This document shows, in pieces, positions 1 to 10,376 of a stretch of 64,000 bases of DNA. Where the stretch lies: positions 1,141 to 65,140 of the forward strand of contig JBJFFC010000005.1 of the NCBI GenBank assembly GCA_051891395.1, in the 5' to 3' direction. The notes beneath the pieces are model-generated. The model had not been told where the DNA came from, made no database searches, and saw only the letters and a program-made list of their open reading frames with translations. The translations under genes and the position numbers were made by a program. The stretch comes from Clostridia bacterium (lineage in GTDB: Bacteria; Bacillota; Clostridia; TANB77; CAG-508). The number at the start of each line of letters is the position of its first letter. Position 1 is the stretch's first letter.

Positions 1-138
1 AATTTCTGATTTATAATCATTTTCTATATTATTAGCATCTTTAATTTTATTTTTGTTTGTAATTGTAAAAATGCCAATTATTATACATACTATAACTATA
101 ATTAAAGCACTTATTATTATAATTTTTCTTTTCTTCAT
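1..138 (-). CDS. 5' part of a gene for an N-terminally membrane-anchored protein; it continues past the window start
   Basis: Minus-strand ATG at 136-138, 7 nt downstream of GGGAGGAT (fwd atcctccc 146-153). Translation is MKKRKIIIISALIIVIVCIIIGIF..., a single TM helix. It is absent from the ORF track because it is truncated. Confidence 0.4.
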   Translation of the reverse strand, partial: MKKRKIIIISALIIVIVCIIIGIFTITNKNKIKDANNIENDYKSEI

Positions 139-210
139 TATTTTTATCCTCCCTATTTTTCACAAAAATTACATTTCAAATAATATTTATTATTCTTTGA
201 AATTATTTTT

Positions 211-1218
211 TTATTTTACATCCTTATAGGTGTAATATTTTGCTAATGCTCCTATTCCCAATACTGTAACTAACAATATCGTGCCTACTATTGCTATACT
301 TATACCTGTGTTTGGTAATATTTTATTTGCTGTTGTAGGATCTGTTTTACCTGTTGTAGAAGTTTGTTGTTCTGTCTTAGGAGTTTCTTTATTCTCATTA
401 TTACCTTCTGTTGTATCTTTTCCACCATCTGTTGTCGAAGTAATTTTAGTAACCGTTCCAACCTCAATTATAGCTTGTCCATATACTGTTTTTACACCTG
501 TATCACTACCCTTTAGCCACAAATAATACAAACCATCTTCTAAATTTAATTCATCTTTAATATCTTCTGTTACATATCCCCACGCATATGTATGTTTTAC
601 AGTCTTCCATTGACTATTATTTAAATTTGGTATATCCCCAATACCAGCTAATTCCAGCTGAGTTAAATCATGATTATTATCAATATATTTATTTACTATA
701 TTAGCATCCTCAATCTTTTCAAACATATAACTTATATTTGCATTATTCATTCCATAAGGCCCTTTTATTTGTTCTACATTATCATCATTTTGTCCTAGTA
801 CATATACATATGTATATGCCTTTAATAATGGCAATGTTAAATCTACTTGATAAGCGTCTAAAAGATTTGTTGTTTCTCCTACTTTTCTAATTGTTATATA
901 TGCTGTGTCAGTAGACTTCAATATTTCTAAATGATTTGCATTAGTAGATAGAACAGAAACTTTTACGGTTCCTGTATCATATTCTGGTGCTAAAACATCA
1001 TACCAATTAGTTATTGTTACATTTTGAGATTTCTCTATCGCCCATTGATAATTTGCTCCACTTTCTAAAGATAACTCGCTAAATATAAAGTTGATGCCAC
1101 CATCTGTAGATGGTACAACTTTCTCTACTTTTACTTCTGCTGCATTTGATATTGTTGCTATTAGTAATATAAATGCAAAAACTATTACTGATACTACAAT
1201 TCTTTTGTTTTTCTTCAT
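211..1218 (-). CDS. LPXTG cell-wall-anchored surface protein
   Basis: The likely start is MKKNKRIVVS, with an AGGAGG RBS just upstream; the track ORF extends to 1284. It has a signal peptide (...ATISNAAEV) and a Thr/Pro-rich stalk. The C-terminus is LPNTG, then a hydrophobic helix, then a basic tail (KYYTYKDVK). Confidence 0.8.
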   Translation of the reverse strand: MKKNKRIVVSVIVFAFILLIATISNAAEVKVEKVVPSTDGGINFIFSELSLESGANYQWAIEKSQNVTITNWYDVLAPEYDTGTVKVSVLSTNANHLEILKSTDTAYITIRKVGETTNLLDAYQVDLTLPLLKAYTYVYVLGQNDDNVEQIKGPYGMNNANISYMFEKIEDANIVNKYIDNNHDLTQLELAGIGDIPNLNNSQWKTVKHTYAWGYVTEDIKDELNLEDGLYYLWLKGSDTGVKTVYGQAIIEVGTVTKITSTTDGGKDTTEGNNENKETPKTEQQTSTTGKTDPTTANKILPNTGISIAIVGTILLVTVLGIGALAKYYTYKDVK

Positions 1219-1342
1219 AAGAATTCCTCCTTTTTTCAAAACGCACAAAAGCAAGAATAATATATCTATGCTAAACAAACGCATAGAATACTATTCTTGC
1301 TTCTTCTTTTTTACCTTCTATTTTATTATCTAATAATATGCT

Positions 1343-1367
1343 TGTGTGTGTGTGTGTGTGTGTGTGT
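1343..1367. repeat. (TG)12T dinucleotide microsatellite
   Basis: tgtgtgtgtgtgtgtgtgtgtgtgt read directly from the sequence. It lies 125-150 nt upstream of the LPXTG gene start. Confidence 0.95.
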
Positions 1368-1575
1368 ACAGCCGCAAGGCTTTCAAAAGTTATGCTTTTG
1401 TGCATTTCGTTTTCCTCTTTTATTTTTTATTTCATTTTCATTATATAACACATTTCTACCCTTTTTCAACTATTTTCGATAATGTAATAAAAATGTAATA
1501 TTTAATTGTTACAATCCACAGTTAACTTGTAATATTTTTAATAAATTACTTTAATGAATGTGGATTGTAATTTTT

Positions 1576-3174
1576 TTACTTCATACAAGCTTTAACCAAT
1601 CCCACAAATAGTGGTGCTGGTCTATTAGGTCTAGACTTTAACTCTGGATGAAATTGTCCTGCAATGAAGTATGGATGGTCTTCTATCTCTACCATTTCTA
1701 CTAACAATCCATCTGGAGAAGTTCCTGAAACTTTTAATCCAGCTTTTTCTAGTCTTTCTCTATAATCATTATTATACTCATAACGATGTCTATGTCTTTC
1801 AGATATTTCTTCTTTTCCATATACTTTACTTGCTAACGTTCCTTCTTTTATGATACATGGATAAGCTCCTAATCTCATCGTTCCACCTTTTTTGTCAACT
1901 CCTTTTTGTTCTTCCATAATATGAATAACTGGATTTTGCGTAGTTTCATTTAATTCAGCTGAATTGCTATCGGTTAATCCTAATACATTTCTAGCAAATT
2001 CTACTACAGCCATTTGCATTCCTAGACAAATTCCTAAAAATGGTATTTTATTTTCTCTTACATATTTTATAGTTTCTATTTTTCCTTCAATTCCTCTGTT
2101 TCCAAATCCTCCCGGAACAACTACACCGTCTATGCCTTTTAATTTCTCAGCAACATTCTCTCCTGTAATAGATTCAGAATCAATTAAATGAACTTTTACT
2201 TTTACATAGTTAGCAAAACCTGCATGATATAAGCTCTCCATCACAGAAATGTAAGAATCTTCTAGTTTTACATATTTCCCAACAATAGCAACATTAACAA
2301 CCTTGTTTTCATCAGTGTTTCTTATGTTTTCTATCATTGCTTCCCATTTTGAATTATCTGGAATGTATTTATCTAATTTTAAGTGATTACAAACCTCTCT
2401 TGCTAATCCTTCTTCTTCTAGCATTAATGGAACTGCATATAGACTATCTGCTGTTTTGTTTTGTATAACGCTTGTCTTTCTTACATTACAAAATAATGCT
2501 AATTTTTCTCTAATAGCTTCTGGAATGTCTGTTTCTGTTCTACATACCAATATATCTGGTTTTATACCAAAACTTTGTAATTCTTTTACAGAGTGTTGTG
2601 TTGGTTTTGATTTAATTTCATTGGAACCAAATATGTATGGTAATAGTGTAACATGTATGTAAAGTACATCTTCTGGATTTTTTTCTAGTCCTACTTGTCT
2701 AATTGCTTCTATAATCGAAAGACCTTCAATGTCTCCAACCGTACCTCCTACTTCTGTTATTACGATGTCTGTATCAGTATCTTCAAATCCATATATTTTT
2801 TCCTTTATTTCATTTGTTATGTGAGGTATAACTTGTACCGTTTTTCCTAAATAATCTCCTCTTCTCTCTTTTTCAATAACATTTTGATAAACCTTTCCCA
2901 TTGTAACACTTGAATTTTTTGTTAAATTTTCATTGATAAATCTCTCATAATGACCTAAGTCTAAATCTGTTTCTGCTCCATCATCTGTAACAAAAACTTC
3001 TCCATGTTCATATGGATTCATGGTTCCTGGATCCACATTTATATATGGATCAAACTTTTGAATTGTTACCTTATATCCTCTATTCTTTAATAATCTTCCT
3101 AAAGATGCAGCTGTTATTCCTTTTCCTAATCCTGATACAACTCCACCTGTCACAAATATGTACTTTGTATTCAT
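1576..3174 (-). CDS. pyrG: CTP synthase
   Basis: Full-length 532 aa. N-terminal [19 protein letters not shown], and a glutaminase domain with GICLGMQ and HRHRYE motifs. Confidence 0.97.
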   Translation of the reverse strand: MNTKYIFVTGGVVSGLGKGITAASLGRLLKNRGYKVTIQKFDPYINVDPGTMNPYEHGEVFVTDDGAETDLDLGHYERFINENLTKNSSVTMGKVYQNVIEKERRGDYLGKTVQVIPHITNEIKEKIYGFEDTDTDIVITEVGGTVGDIEGLSIIEAIRQVGLEKNPEDVLYIHVTLLPYIFGSNEIKSKPTQHSVKELQSFGIKPDILVCRTETDIPEAIREKLALFCNVRKTSVIQNKTADSLYAVPLMLEEEGLAREVCNHLKLDKYIPDNSKWEAMIENIRNTDENKVVNVAIVGKYVKLEDSYISVMESLYHAGFANYVKVKVHLIDSESITGENVAEKLKGIDGVVVPGGFGNRGIEGKIETIKYVRENKIPFLGICLGMQMAVVEFARNVLGLTDSNSAELNETTQNPVIHIMEEQKGVDKKGGTMRLGAYPCIIKEGTLASKVYGKEEISERHRHRYEYNNDYRERLEKAGLKVSGTSPDGLLVEMVEIEDHPYFIAGQFHPELKSRPNRPAPLFVGLVKACMK

Positions 3175-3297
3175 CTTTTCCTCCTATTTTCAAATAAAAA
3201 AGCAAAATAAAAAAAGATTAAAAAATAACCGAAAAATTTGGTTTTTTTTTAATCTATTAATAGTTTATCACTTATATAAAAAATTTACAAGCTTTTT

Positions 3298-3774
3298 TTA
3301 TTTTTTTATAGACAATATTTTATATTTCATAATTCCAGCTGGTGCATTGACTTCCACTATGTGATTTTTCTTTGCGCCAAGTAAAGCCTCTCCTAATGGT
3401 GACTCATTTGATATTTTATTTTCAGCTAAATTTACTTCTGTTGAACCAACAATTGTATATTCTACTTTTTCATCAAATTCCATGTCTAATACTTTTACTA
3501 TGTTCCCAACTTGAACTGTTTCTGTGTCTATTTCTTTTTCATCTATAATTTTTGCATGTCTTATTTTGTTTTCAAGCTCTGCAATTTTAACTTCATTTTC
3601 TGCTTGTGCAGTCTTTGCTTCATCATATTCTGAATTTTCAGATAAGTCACCAAATCCTAATGCTACTTTTATTCTATCAGCTATTTCAGCTCTTTTTTCT
3701 GTTCTCAAATAATTTAATTCTTTTTCTAGATTATTATATCCCTCTTGTGTTAATAAAACTTCCTTCTCTTCCAT
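3298..3774 (-). CDS. greA: Transcription elongation factor GreA
   Basis: 158 aa with an N-terminal coiled coil (LT.EGY..L..EL..L) and a C-terminal SPLG.ALLG motif. Confidence 0.95.
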   Translation of the reverse strand: MEEKEVLLTQEGYNNLEKELNYLRTEKRAEIADRIKVALGFGDLSENSEYDEAKTAQAENEVKIAELENKIRHAKIIDEKEIDTETVQVGNIVKVLDMEFDEKVEYTIVGSTEVNLAENKISNESPLGEALLGAKKNHIVEVNAPAGIMKYKILSIKK

Positions 3775-3931
3775 TGTTTATTTCTCCTTTCGGTTTTGTT
3801 TTCTTTTACTCTAAAAAAATCTTTCTATATATTACGGCAAAAAGTAAAATTTGTCAAGTAAATTTCATCTTTATTTATTAATTTGTAATTAATGTTATTA
3901 TTCACAGCTCCTACCTTTTCAAGTCCATGAA

Positions 3932-4058
3932 GGGTAGTAATATCTATTTTTTCGTAGTTCTGCGCAGGGAAGCTACCTGAGTAGAGATGACCCTAAGCGA
4001 ATGGAGCAATCTTCGATTGCGACAGCAAAGGACAAGAATAAAATAGACATTACTACCC
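3932..4058. repeat. Intergenic palindromic element with a G+C-rich core, related to the elements at 17261 and 30545
   Basis: 19-bp arms gggtagtaatatctatttt (3932-3950) and aaaatagacattactaccc (4040-4058) with 1 mismatch. The core gcgaatggagcaatcttcgattgcgaca resembles gcgattggagcaacc...ggttgcgaca of the other copies. Confidence 0.6.
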
Positions 4059-4100
4059 ATTACAGGAATGTATAAAGTTATATTACTGTAAATTGTAACA

Positions 4101-4694
4101 TTAATCTTTTATCAAATCTTTAGCTCCCTTCATATAGTCAATTCCTGAAAAAATAGTTGCAATTGTTTGAATAATCATCATGAAAGTAACTATAATATTT
4201 AATCCTAAACCTACACCTTGCAAATTTCCAGAAAAACATGCACCAAATGCATTTAAGTCCAAGAAAGCTAAAATAATTGCAATCATTTGAGTAACAGTTT
4301 TTAGTTTCCCCCATTTGGATGCTGCTATAACTTCTCCATCTTTCTCCACTGCAACTAATCTATAACCTGAAACCATAAATTCTCTTGCAAGAACTATTAT
4401 TGGTATCCATGCTGGTAATTTTGTCATCTCTACTAGCATTACCATAGCTGCCAATACCAATATTTTATCTGCTAATGGGTCTAAAAATTTGCCAAATGTT
4501 GTTATTTGATTATTTTTTCTTGCCAAATATCCATCTAATTTATCCGTTAAAGAAGCTATTATAAAAATCAAGTCAATTGTAATCCACGATATTGGTATTC
4601 CTAAAAAATCTCCTCCTATTCCTAAAAAAGGGATAATGACCATAATTGGTACTAATATAATCCTAAATATAGTTAATTTATTTGGTAAATTCAT
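4101..4694 (-). CDS. pgsA: CDP-diacylglycerol--glycerol-3-phosphate 3-phosphatidyltransferase
   Basis: CDP-alcohol phosphatidyltransferase motif DKLDGYLARK...GKFLDPLADK, plus multiple TM helices. Confidence 0.9.
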   Translation of the reverse strand: MNLPNKLTIFRIILVPIMVIIPFLGIGGDFLGIPISWITIDLIFIIASLTDKLDGYLARKNNQITTFGKFLDPLADKILVLAAMVMLVEMTKLPAWIPIIVLAREFMVSGYRLVAVEKDGEVIAASKWGKLKTVTQMIAIILAFLDLNAFGACFSGNLQGVGLGLNIIVTFMMIIQTIATIFSGIDYMKGAKDLIKD

Positions 4695-4713
4695 CTACTT
4701 TCTCCTCTCAATT

Positions 4714-4742
4714 GGCTAATGTGTACCCGTCCCTATTTAGCC
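4714..4742 (-). repeat. 29-nt hairpin motif, ggctaaatagggacgggtacacattagcc on the minus strand
   Basis: A near-identical 29-mer occurs in opposite orientation at 22542-22570. It sits between the S41 protease stop and the pgsA RBS. Confidence 0.6.
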
Positions 4743-5944
4743 ATTTCTATTGCTTTTTTTAGTTGTGTATCATCTTTTTCTTCTACTGTAAGAACATTTT
4801 TTACACTATCTGGTAATTTAACTTCTTCATCTGGTTCGATTCCTATTTTATTAATTTGTGTTTTATTAGGTGTTAAATATTCCTCTGCCGTTATTTTTAA
4901 TCCACTACCATCTGGCAATGTTAATAATTGTTGAATAACTCCTTTGCCATATGTTTTTGTACCTACTGTTTTTGCTTTTCCATGATCTTTTAAGGCTCCT
5001 GCTAATATTTCTGATGAACTTGCTGTGTTTTCATTGGTTAATATTATAATTGGCATGTTTATAATTGGGGCATTTTTTGACTTTTCAATTGTTTCTTTTT
5101 CATTTTTATCTACTTCATATAATATAACATCATCTTTCTCTAAAACATAATCTGCAATTTCTAATGCCTCATCTACAATTCCTCCTCCATTATTTCTTAA
5201 ATCAATAATTAGAGATTTAATTCCTTGTCCTTGAAGTTCTTCAAATTTCGTTTTAAATTCTTCTGCTGTTCCATCATCAAAAGATGAAAATTCTATATAT
5301 CCGATATCATTTTCTAATTTTTTTCCCTCTACTGGATTTACTTTGATATTTTCTCTTTTTAATTCAAAATTTAGTGTTTCATTTCCTCTTAAGATTTCTA
5401 TTTTTACTGTTGTACCTACTTCTCCTTTTATTTTATTAGAAGCTACTGTCATTTCTTCTGCTGTATATGTTACACCATCTACTGAAACAATTAAGTCTCC
5501 TGGTAAAATTCCTGCTTCTTCTGCTGGACTTCCTTTAATTGGAGATAATACCATAATTTTATCAGACTCTGTATCTTGTACCATATAAATACCAATTCCA
5601 ACAAAGTTTCCAGTTGCATCCGCTAGATAATCTTCCATATCTTCTTTAGATATGTATTCTGTATATGGATCATCCAAACCTTCAATATATCCTTTTATAG
5701 CTCCTTCTTTTAGCTTTTCTTCATCCACTTCACCCAAAAAGTATTTATCTATTAATGCTCTATATTTACTGAATTCGCTTGTTATTTCACCGTTATTTTC
5801 TGAAGAAACTACCAATTGTTTTCCAAAACTATTATTAGTAAAATATTGATACATACCTATTGAAGTTATTAAAAAAGTAATAAATGCTACTAAAACAACC
5901 AACATTATCACTTTATACACTTTAAATCTTTTCTTTTCTTCCAT
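4733..5944 (-). CDS. S41 family carboxy-terminal processing protease
   Basis: N-terminal TM helix, PDZ region (GDLIVSVDG) and S41 catalytic region (LTNENTASSSEILAGALKD...GTKTYGKG). Confidence 0.9.
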   Translation of the reverse strand: MEEKKRFKVYKVIMLVVLVAFITFLITSIGMYQYFTNNSFGKQLVVSSENNGEITSEFSKYRALIDKYFLGEVDEEKLKEGAIKGYIEGLDDPYTEYISKEDMEDYLADATGNFVGIGIYMVQDTESDKIMVLSPIKGSPAEEAGILPGDLIVSVDGVTYTAEEMTVASNKIKGEVGTTVKIEILRGNETLNFELKRENIKVNPVEGKKLENDIGYIEFSSFDDGTAEEFKTKFEELQGQGIKSLIIDLRNNGGGIVDEALEIADYVLEKDDVILYEVDKNEKETIEKSKNAPIINMPIIILTNENTASSSEILAGALKDHGKAKTVGTKTYGKGVIQQLLTLPDGSGLKITAEEYLTPNKTQINKIGIEPDEEVKLPDSVKNVLTVEEKDDTQLKKAIEMAK

Positions 5945-5972
5945 TTATTTCCTCCACCTCTATAAGCTAACT

Positions 5973-5991
5973 GGGCGGAGGTCTTCCGCCC
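5973..5991 (-). terminator. G+C-rich hairpin downstream of the M23 peptidase gene
   Basis: gggcgga-ggtct-tccgccc. There is no clear U tract on the minus strand, so it could instead be a stabilising or processing hairpin. Confidence 0.4.
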
Positions 5992-6019
5992 ATATCATTT
6001 TATTATATGTAATTTATTT

Positions 6020-7246
6020 TTACCTAATTCCATAATTCGCCGGATTTACTCTATTGCTATAATTACCAGGATATGTTCTTACTTCAAAGTGTAAATGTGG
6101 TCCTGTTGAATTTCCTGTACTTCCTACCCTCATTATTTGTTGTCCTTGTGTTACTCTTTGTCCTGCCGATACCGTTCTAGATCCATCTTGTCCATGCGCA
6201 TATAAAGTAAATACTCCGTTATCATGCATTATGATAATATAATTTCCGTAACTTCCACTTAATCTTTCTGATACAATAACCTCTCCACCTGCTACTGCAT
6301 AAACTGGTTGTCCGTTGATTCCAGCACTACCAAAATCAACAGCTCCATGGTATTGTCCACTTGAATAATACATTCCTGTTGTGATTTTTGTATAACCTGA
6401 TGGTACCGGATATATGAATCCTGATGAACTTGGTGCAGTAGGAGAACCGCCACCTGAATTTCCACCACTTGAAGAATTTTTATTTGAATTTTCCTGTGCT
6501 TGTTTTATCGCTGCTGCAATTTTGCTATCAATCGATTTATTTGCTTGATTCAATTCATCAATTTGTGCTTGTAATTTTTTCTCATCTTCTGATAATTGAG
6601 CAACTTGCTTATTTTTTTCTTCCTTTGCTGTTTTTAATTGTGTAGAAACGCTTTGTTTACTTGCTTTCGATGTATCCAATTCTGTTTTACTGTTTTCTAA
6701 TTCTGTTTTCGCTTTTTCTATCTCTTCTTTTTGTTTTTGTATCTTTTCTAACAATTCTGTATCATTTGTTGTTAATTCTGTTACTAAATAGTAATTTGAA
6801 ATTAAATCAGTAATACTATCAGAAGATAATAAAAAGTCTAGATAAGATGTTTCTCCGGCTTCTTGAATTGCAACAAGTCTAGCCTCTAATAATTCTTCTT
6901 GTTTCGTATAATCCTCCTGTGCTTTCGTTAGCTTTTCTTGGGATTCTTTAATTTGGCCATTTAAGTCACTAATCTTAGAATCTAGTTCTGCAATTTGACT
7001 TTCATAGTCAGAGATTTGTGTGTTTAGCTTTTCTACTTCTGCTACTGTTTGATTCTTTTGTTCTGTTATTTCTTCTTTCTTTTCTTTTGTCTCATCAATT
7101 TTATCTTGATTTTGTTCCTTTTCATTATTCAATTGATTAATATTGGCTGCTATTACTACTGTACTTTGTAATAACATAATTACTACAATAATTGCTCCTA
7201 ATAATTTCAAACTTAACTTCTTCATAAGTTCCTCCCATTTTTTCAT
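6020..7246 (-). CDS. Coiled-coil M23 peptidase (EnvC-like murein hydrolase or activator)
   Basis: Signal or TM helix, a long heptad-rich coiled coil, a Gly/Ser linker, and a C-terminal M23 domain with HGAVDF...HLHFEV. Confidence 0.85.
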   Translation of the reverse strand: MKKWEELMKKLSLKLLGAIIVVIMLLQSTVVIAANINQLNNEKEQNQDKIDETKEKKEEITEQKNQTVAEVEKLNTQISDYESQIAELDSKISDLNGQIKESQEKLTKAQEDYTKQEELLEARLVAIQEAGETSYLDFLLSSDSITDLISNYYLVTELTTNDTELLEKIQKQKEEIEKAKTELENSKTELDTSKASKQSVSTQLKTAKEEKNKQVAQLSEDEKKLQAQIDELNQANKSIDSKIAAAIKQAQENSNKNSSSGGNSGGGSPTAPSSSGFIYPVPSGYTKITTGMYYSSGQYHGAVDFGSAGINGQPVYAVAGGEVIVSERLSGSYGNYIIIMHDNGVFTLYAHGQDGSRTVSAGQRVTQGQQIMRVGSTGNSTGPHLHFEVRTYPGNYSNRVNPANYGIR

Positions 7247-7269
7247 TCTTAGAAATTTTTCTCATTATT

Positions 7270-8481
7270 CTAATTTTGTACTGCATTTTGACCTTCAGTT
7301 GTGTTTTGTTTTTCTGTATTTGTTTGTGTTTCAGGTACTAATCCATTTGTAATATATGGCATTGGATCAGTAACAACACCGTTTAGTCTCACCTCAAAAT
7401 GAGCATGTGGACCTGTTGAATAACCAGTTGAACCTACTTTTAATACAGCTTCTCCTCTTTTTACAACTTGTCCCACCTGTACTAAAATCTCTGAACCATG
7501 TGCATATAAAGTGGAAACTCCTCCTCCATGGTCGATAATTACCATATTGCCATAAGCAGCATTATATCCTGCTTTTGTGACAATTCCATCATTGGCTGCA
7601 ATAAAATTTGCTCCCATTGGTGCACTAATATCAACACCTGTATGTAATTTATATACTCCTGTAATAGGATGGGTTCTCATTCCATATTTTGAACTAATTC
7701 TAGTATATCCTGGAACTGGCCAAGCTAACTCTCCACCTATATATTTTGTATCAATTCCATCCATAGCCAATTTAAGTATTTCACTATTAATTTCAGCAAA
7801 CCTAGTATTATACTCATCAATTTGCTCTTGTATTGACTTTTCTTGATCTGACAATTTAGAAATAAAGTTTTCTCTTACTGTCTTTGTATTTTCTAATATC
7901 TTTGCCGTCTTTGTTTGATTTGCCTTCATTGTTGCTAATTGTTCTTTACTGTTTTCTATTTGTTTTTTAGAAGTTTCTATTTCTTCTTTCTTTTCCTGCA
8001 TTTCTTCTAAAAGTTCTGCATCTCTTGTCGCAAGTTCTGTAATTAGGAAATAATTGGATAAGAATTCAGAAACACTCCTAGAGCTTAAGATAACATCTAA
8101 ATACTCCGTATCACTTGATTCATATACTGCAATTAATCTGTTATCCAATAATTCTTTTTGTTTCTTATAATTTTCTTCCGCTATTTCTAGTTTAGCTTCA
8201 ATTTCCTCCATTGATGTTTGTAACTCTGTAATTTTAATATTTATTTCATCTAACTCTTGCTGTGAAGCAGAAATCTTTTCATCTAATTTCTGAACCTGTT
8301 GTAAATTTTCTGATAATTCGTTTTGCACATCTTCTAATTGTCCATTAGCATCATTTATCTGATTTTGTAATTCTTCTCTTTCTGTTTGTAAATCTGTTGC
8401 TGCGTCTTCTGCTTGTACATATGAAAATATACTAAAACTACAAATCACAAAAGCTAAAACAATACATAAAATCTTACGCAT
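7270..8481 (-). CDS. Coiled-coil M23 peptidase, tandem paralogue
   Basis: Same architecture as 6020-7246. The M23 motifs are HTGVDI...HAHFEV. Confidence 0.85.
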   Translation of the reverse strand: MRKILCIVLAFVICSFSIFSYVQAEDAATDLQTEREELQNQINDANGQLEDVQNELSENLQQVQKLDEKISASQQELDEINIKITELQTSMEEIEAKLEIAEENYKKQKELLDNRLIAVYESSDTEYLDVILSSRSVSEFLSNYFLITELATRDAELLEEMQEKKEEIETSKKQIENSKEQLATMKANQTKTAKILENTKTVRENFISKLSDQEKSIQEQIDEYNTRFAEINSEILKLAMDGIDTKYIGGELAWPVPGYTRISSKYGMRTHPITGVYKLHTGVDISAPMGANFIAANDGIVTKAGYNAAYGNMVIIDHGGGVSTLYAHGSEILVQVGQVVKRGEAVLKVGSTGYSTGPHAHFEVRLNGVVTDPMPYITNGLVPETQTNTEKQNTTEGQNAVQN

Positions 8482-8491
8482 GTTATCTCCT

Positions 8492-9418
8492 TTATACCTT
8501 TAAATATTTTCTCATAGATATAACACTTCCAAGCGCTCCAATTCCAATTCCTAGTAGCATATATACAAATATAATCGAATTAAACATATCCGCAAAACTA
8601 ATTAAACTCATATTAATTACTTGCATAAATTGAGAGTTTACTATTTGTTGTGCTAAAAGACTGTAAGCTGTTCCTACTATTATAATAGAAATTATACTGG
8701 CAAATATACCAATAATCATACCTTCAACAATAAAAGGCCATCTAATAAATCCATTTGTTGCTCCTACATATTTCATAATTGAAATTTCTTTTCTTCTAGC
8801 ATGAACAGTAAGTTTAATCGTATTGGCTATAATAAATATTGATATAACAATCAATAAAATTAAAATAACGCCTGTTACTATTTTTATTCCATTTGCTAAA
8901 TTAATTAAAGTTGTAACTGTCTCATCTTTACTTGTTATTTTCTTTACATTATCAAAAGTCAAAATTTGATCTTGAATCGCTTGACTTTGGTTTAAGTCAG
9001 TAAGTGTTACTACATAAGATGCTGTAAATATATTATTTTCTCCTTCATAACCTTCTAGTAAATCTTTTTTATCGCCAAATTTTTCCTTCATTTGGTCTAA
9101 TGCTGCTTCTTTCGAAACATATTCTATTGTACTTACACCATCTAACTTTCTTATATTATCGCCCAGTTCTTCTATTTGTTCTTGTGTCACTTCATTTTGA
9201 ATAAAAACCTGTATTCCTTGTGCCGACTCAATTTCTTTTACAAAATGATTGATATTTTCTCCAAGCATTAAGAATATTCCAAATATTATCATAGTTGCAC
9301 ACATAATCATAAGTGATGCACCAGTAGACTTTTTATTTTTAAATACGTTACTAAAACCTTCACCTATTAAATATCCTAATCTGTTATATTTCACAATCAT
9401 ACCCACCTTTTTTATCAT
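8492..9418 (-). CDS. ftsX: Cell-division ABC transporter permease FtsX
   Basis: FtsX topology with 4 TM helices and a large extracellular loop, immediately downstream of ftsE. The start is uncertain (9418 or 9400). Confidence 0.9.
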   Translation of the reverse strand: MIKKVGMIVKYNRLGYLIGEGFSNVFKNKKSTGASLMIMCATMIIFGIFLMLGENINHFVKEIESAQGIQVFIQNEVTQEQIEELGDNIRKLDGVSTIEYVSKEAALDQMKEKFGDKKDLLEGYEGENNIFTASYVVTLTDLNQSQAIQDQILTFDNVKKITSKDETVTTLINLANGIKIVTGVILILLIVISIFIIANTIKLTVHARRKEISIMKYVGATNGFIRWPFIVEGMIIGIFASIISIIIVGTAYSLLAQQIVNSQFMQVINMSLISFADMFNSIIFVYMLLGIGIGALGSVISMRKYLKV

Positions 9419-10070
9419 CTCTAATTATTTCGCCCTTGCGAATATGTATAACTCTTTTTTTCATTTGATCTACTATATCTTTTGCATGCGTTGCAACCAC
9501 AACAGTTGTTCCTCTCATATTAATATCATTCAATAAATTCATAATATCCCATGCTGTTTCTGGATCCAAATTTCCTGTTGGTTCGTCCGCAATAAGCATA
9601 GATGGATTGTTTACTAAAGCTCTTGCCAAAGCAACTCTTTGCTGTTCTCCTCCCGATAGTTCATTTGGATACATCTTAGCTTTTCCACTTAATCCTACTA
9701 GCGAAAGTACCATTGGCACTTGCCTTCTAATATGTCTTGGAGTTGCTCTTACAATATACATTGCATATGCTACATTGTCATATACTGTTTTATCTGGTAA
9801 AAGCCTAAAATCTTGAAATACAACCCCCATACTTCTTCTTAAATAAGGAATTCTACTTGGTTTTAAAAAAGTTGTATCTTTTCCATTTATAATAATATTT
9901 CCCGAAGTTGGTTCTTCTTCTTTTAAAATAAGCTTTATTAATGTTGATTTTCCACTTCCTGAAGATCCTACTAAGAAAGCAAATTCGCCTTTATCTATAA
10001 CAAAATTAGCGTTTTTTACAGCCTTTGTTCCTGTATCATACGTCTTTGTTACATTTCTAAATTCTATCAT
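9384..10070 (-). CDS. ftsE: Cell-division ATP-binding protein FtsE
   Basis: Walker A GSSGSGKST, signature LSGGEQQR and Walker B LLIADEPTGNLD, in 228 aa. Confidence 0.95.
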   Translation of the reverse strand: MIEFRNVTKTYDTGTKAVKNANFVIDKGEFAFLVGSSGSGKSTLIKLILKEEEPTSGNIIINGKDTTFLKPSRIPYLRRSMGVVFQDFRLLPDKTVYDNVAYAMYIVRATPRHIRRQVPMVLSLVGLSGKAKMYPNELSGGEQQRVALARALVNNPSMLIADEPTGNLDPETAWDIMNLLNDINMRGTTVVVATHAKDIVDQMKKRVIHIRKGEIIRDDKKGGYDCEI

Positions 10071-10099
10071 TTTGGTTCTCCTTACCTTTGGTTAGTTTT

Positions 10100-10157
10100 G
10101 GGACAGGTACAAACTATCCCTTTTGGGTTACTTTAGGGACAAGTCTACAAAAATCCC
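10100..10157. repeat. Two tandem GGGACA(G/A)GT...ATCCC hairpin units upstream of ftsE
   Basis: gggacaggtacaaactatccc (10100-10120) and gggacaagtctacaaaaatccc (10136-10157), each followed by ctttt. They share the GGGAC(A/G)GGTACA motif with the 29-mers at 4714 and 22542. Confidence 0.55.
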
Positions 10158-10328
10158 TTTTATTCTATTCTACCTAATCATAACAATAAAGTTCTTTTTT
10201 TGCAATACTTTTTTAGCAAAAAAATGATAGAAAATGTTGGCTTTTTTACATTTTCTATCATTTATCTTTCATTTTCTTCTTTTCGTAGAATTTACAAAAA
10301 ATTCACAATTATAATTTTTACATAATAT

Positions 10329-10356
10329 AAAAGACATCCTTTCGGATGCCTTTTAT
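10329..10356. terminator. Bidirectional rho-independent terminator
   Basis: aaaagacatcc-tttc-ggatgcctttt, a hairpin flanked by an A run and a T run, just downstream of ORF 10377-10652. Confidence 0.65.
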
Positions 10357-10376
10357 GGTTAGGAATTTTATATTAC

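Noticed and set aside
3175-3297. A pyrG leader attenuator or riboswitch upstream of pyrG
   Set aside because: Only a weak AT-rich hairpin (aaccgaaaaatttggtt), which probably serves as the greA terminator. There is no GGGC-type start or convincing terminator/antiterminator alternative visible by eye.
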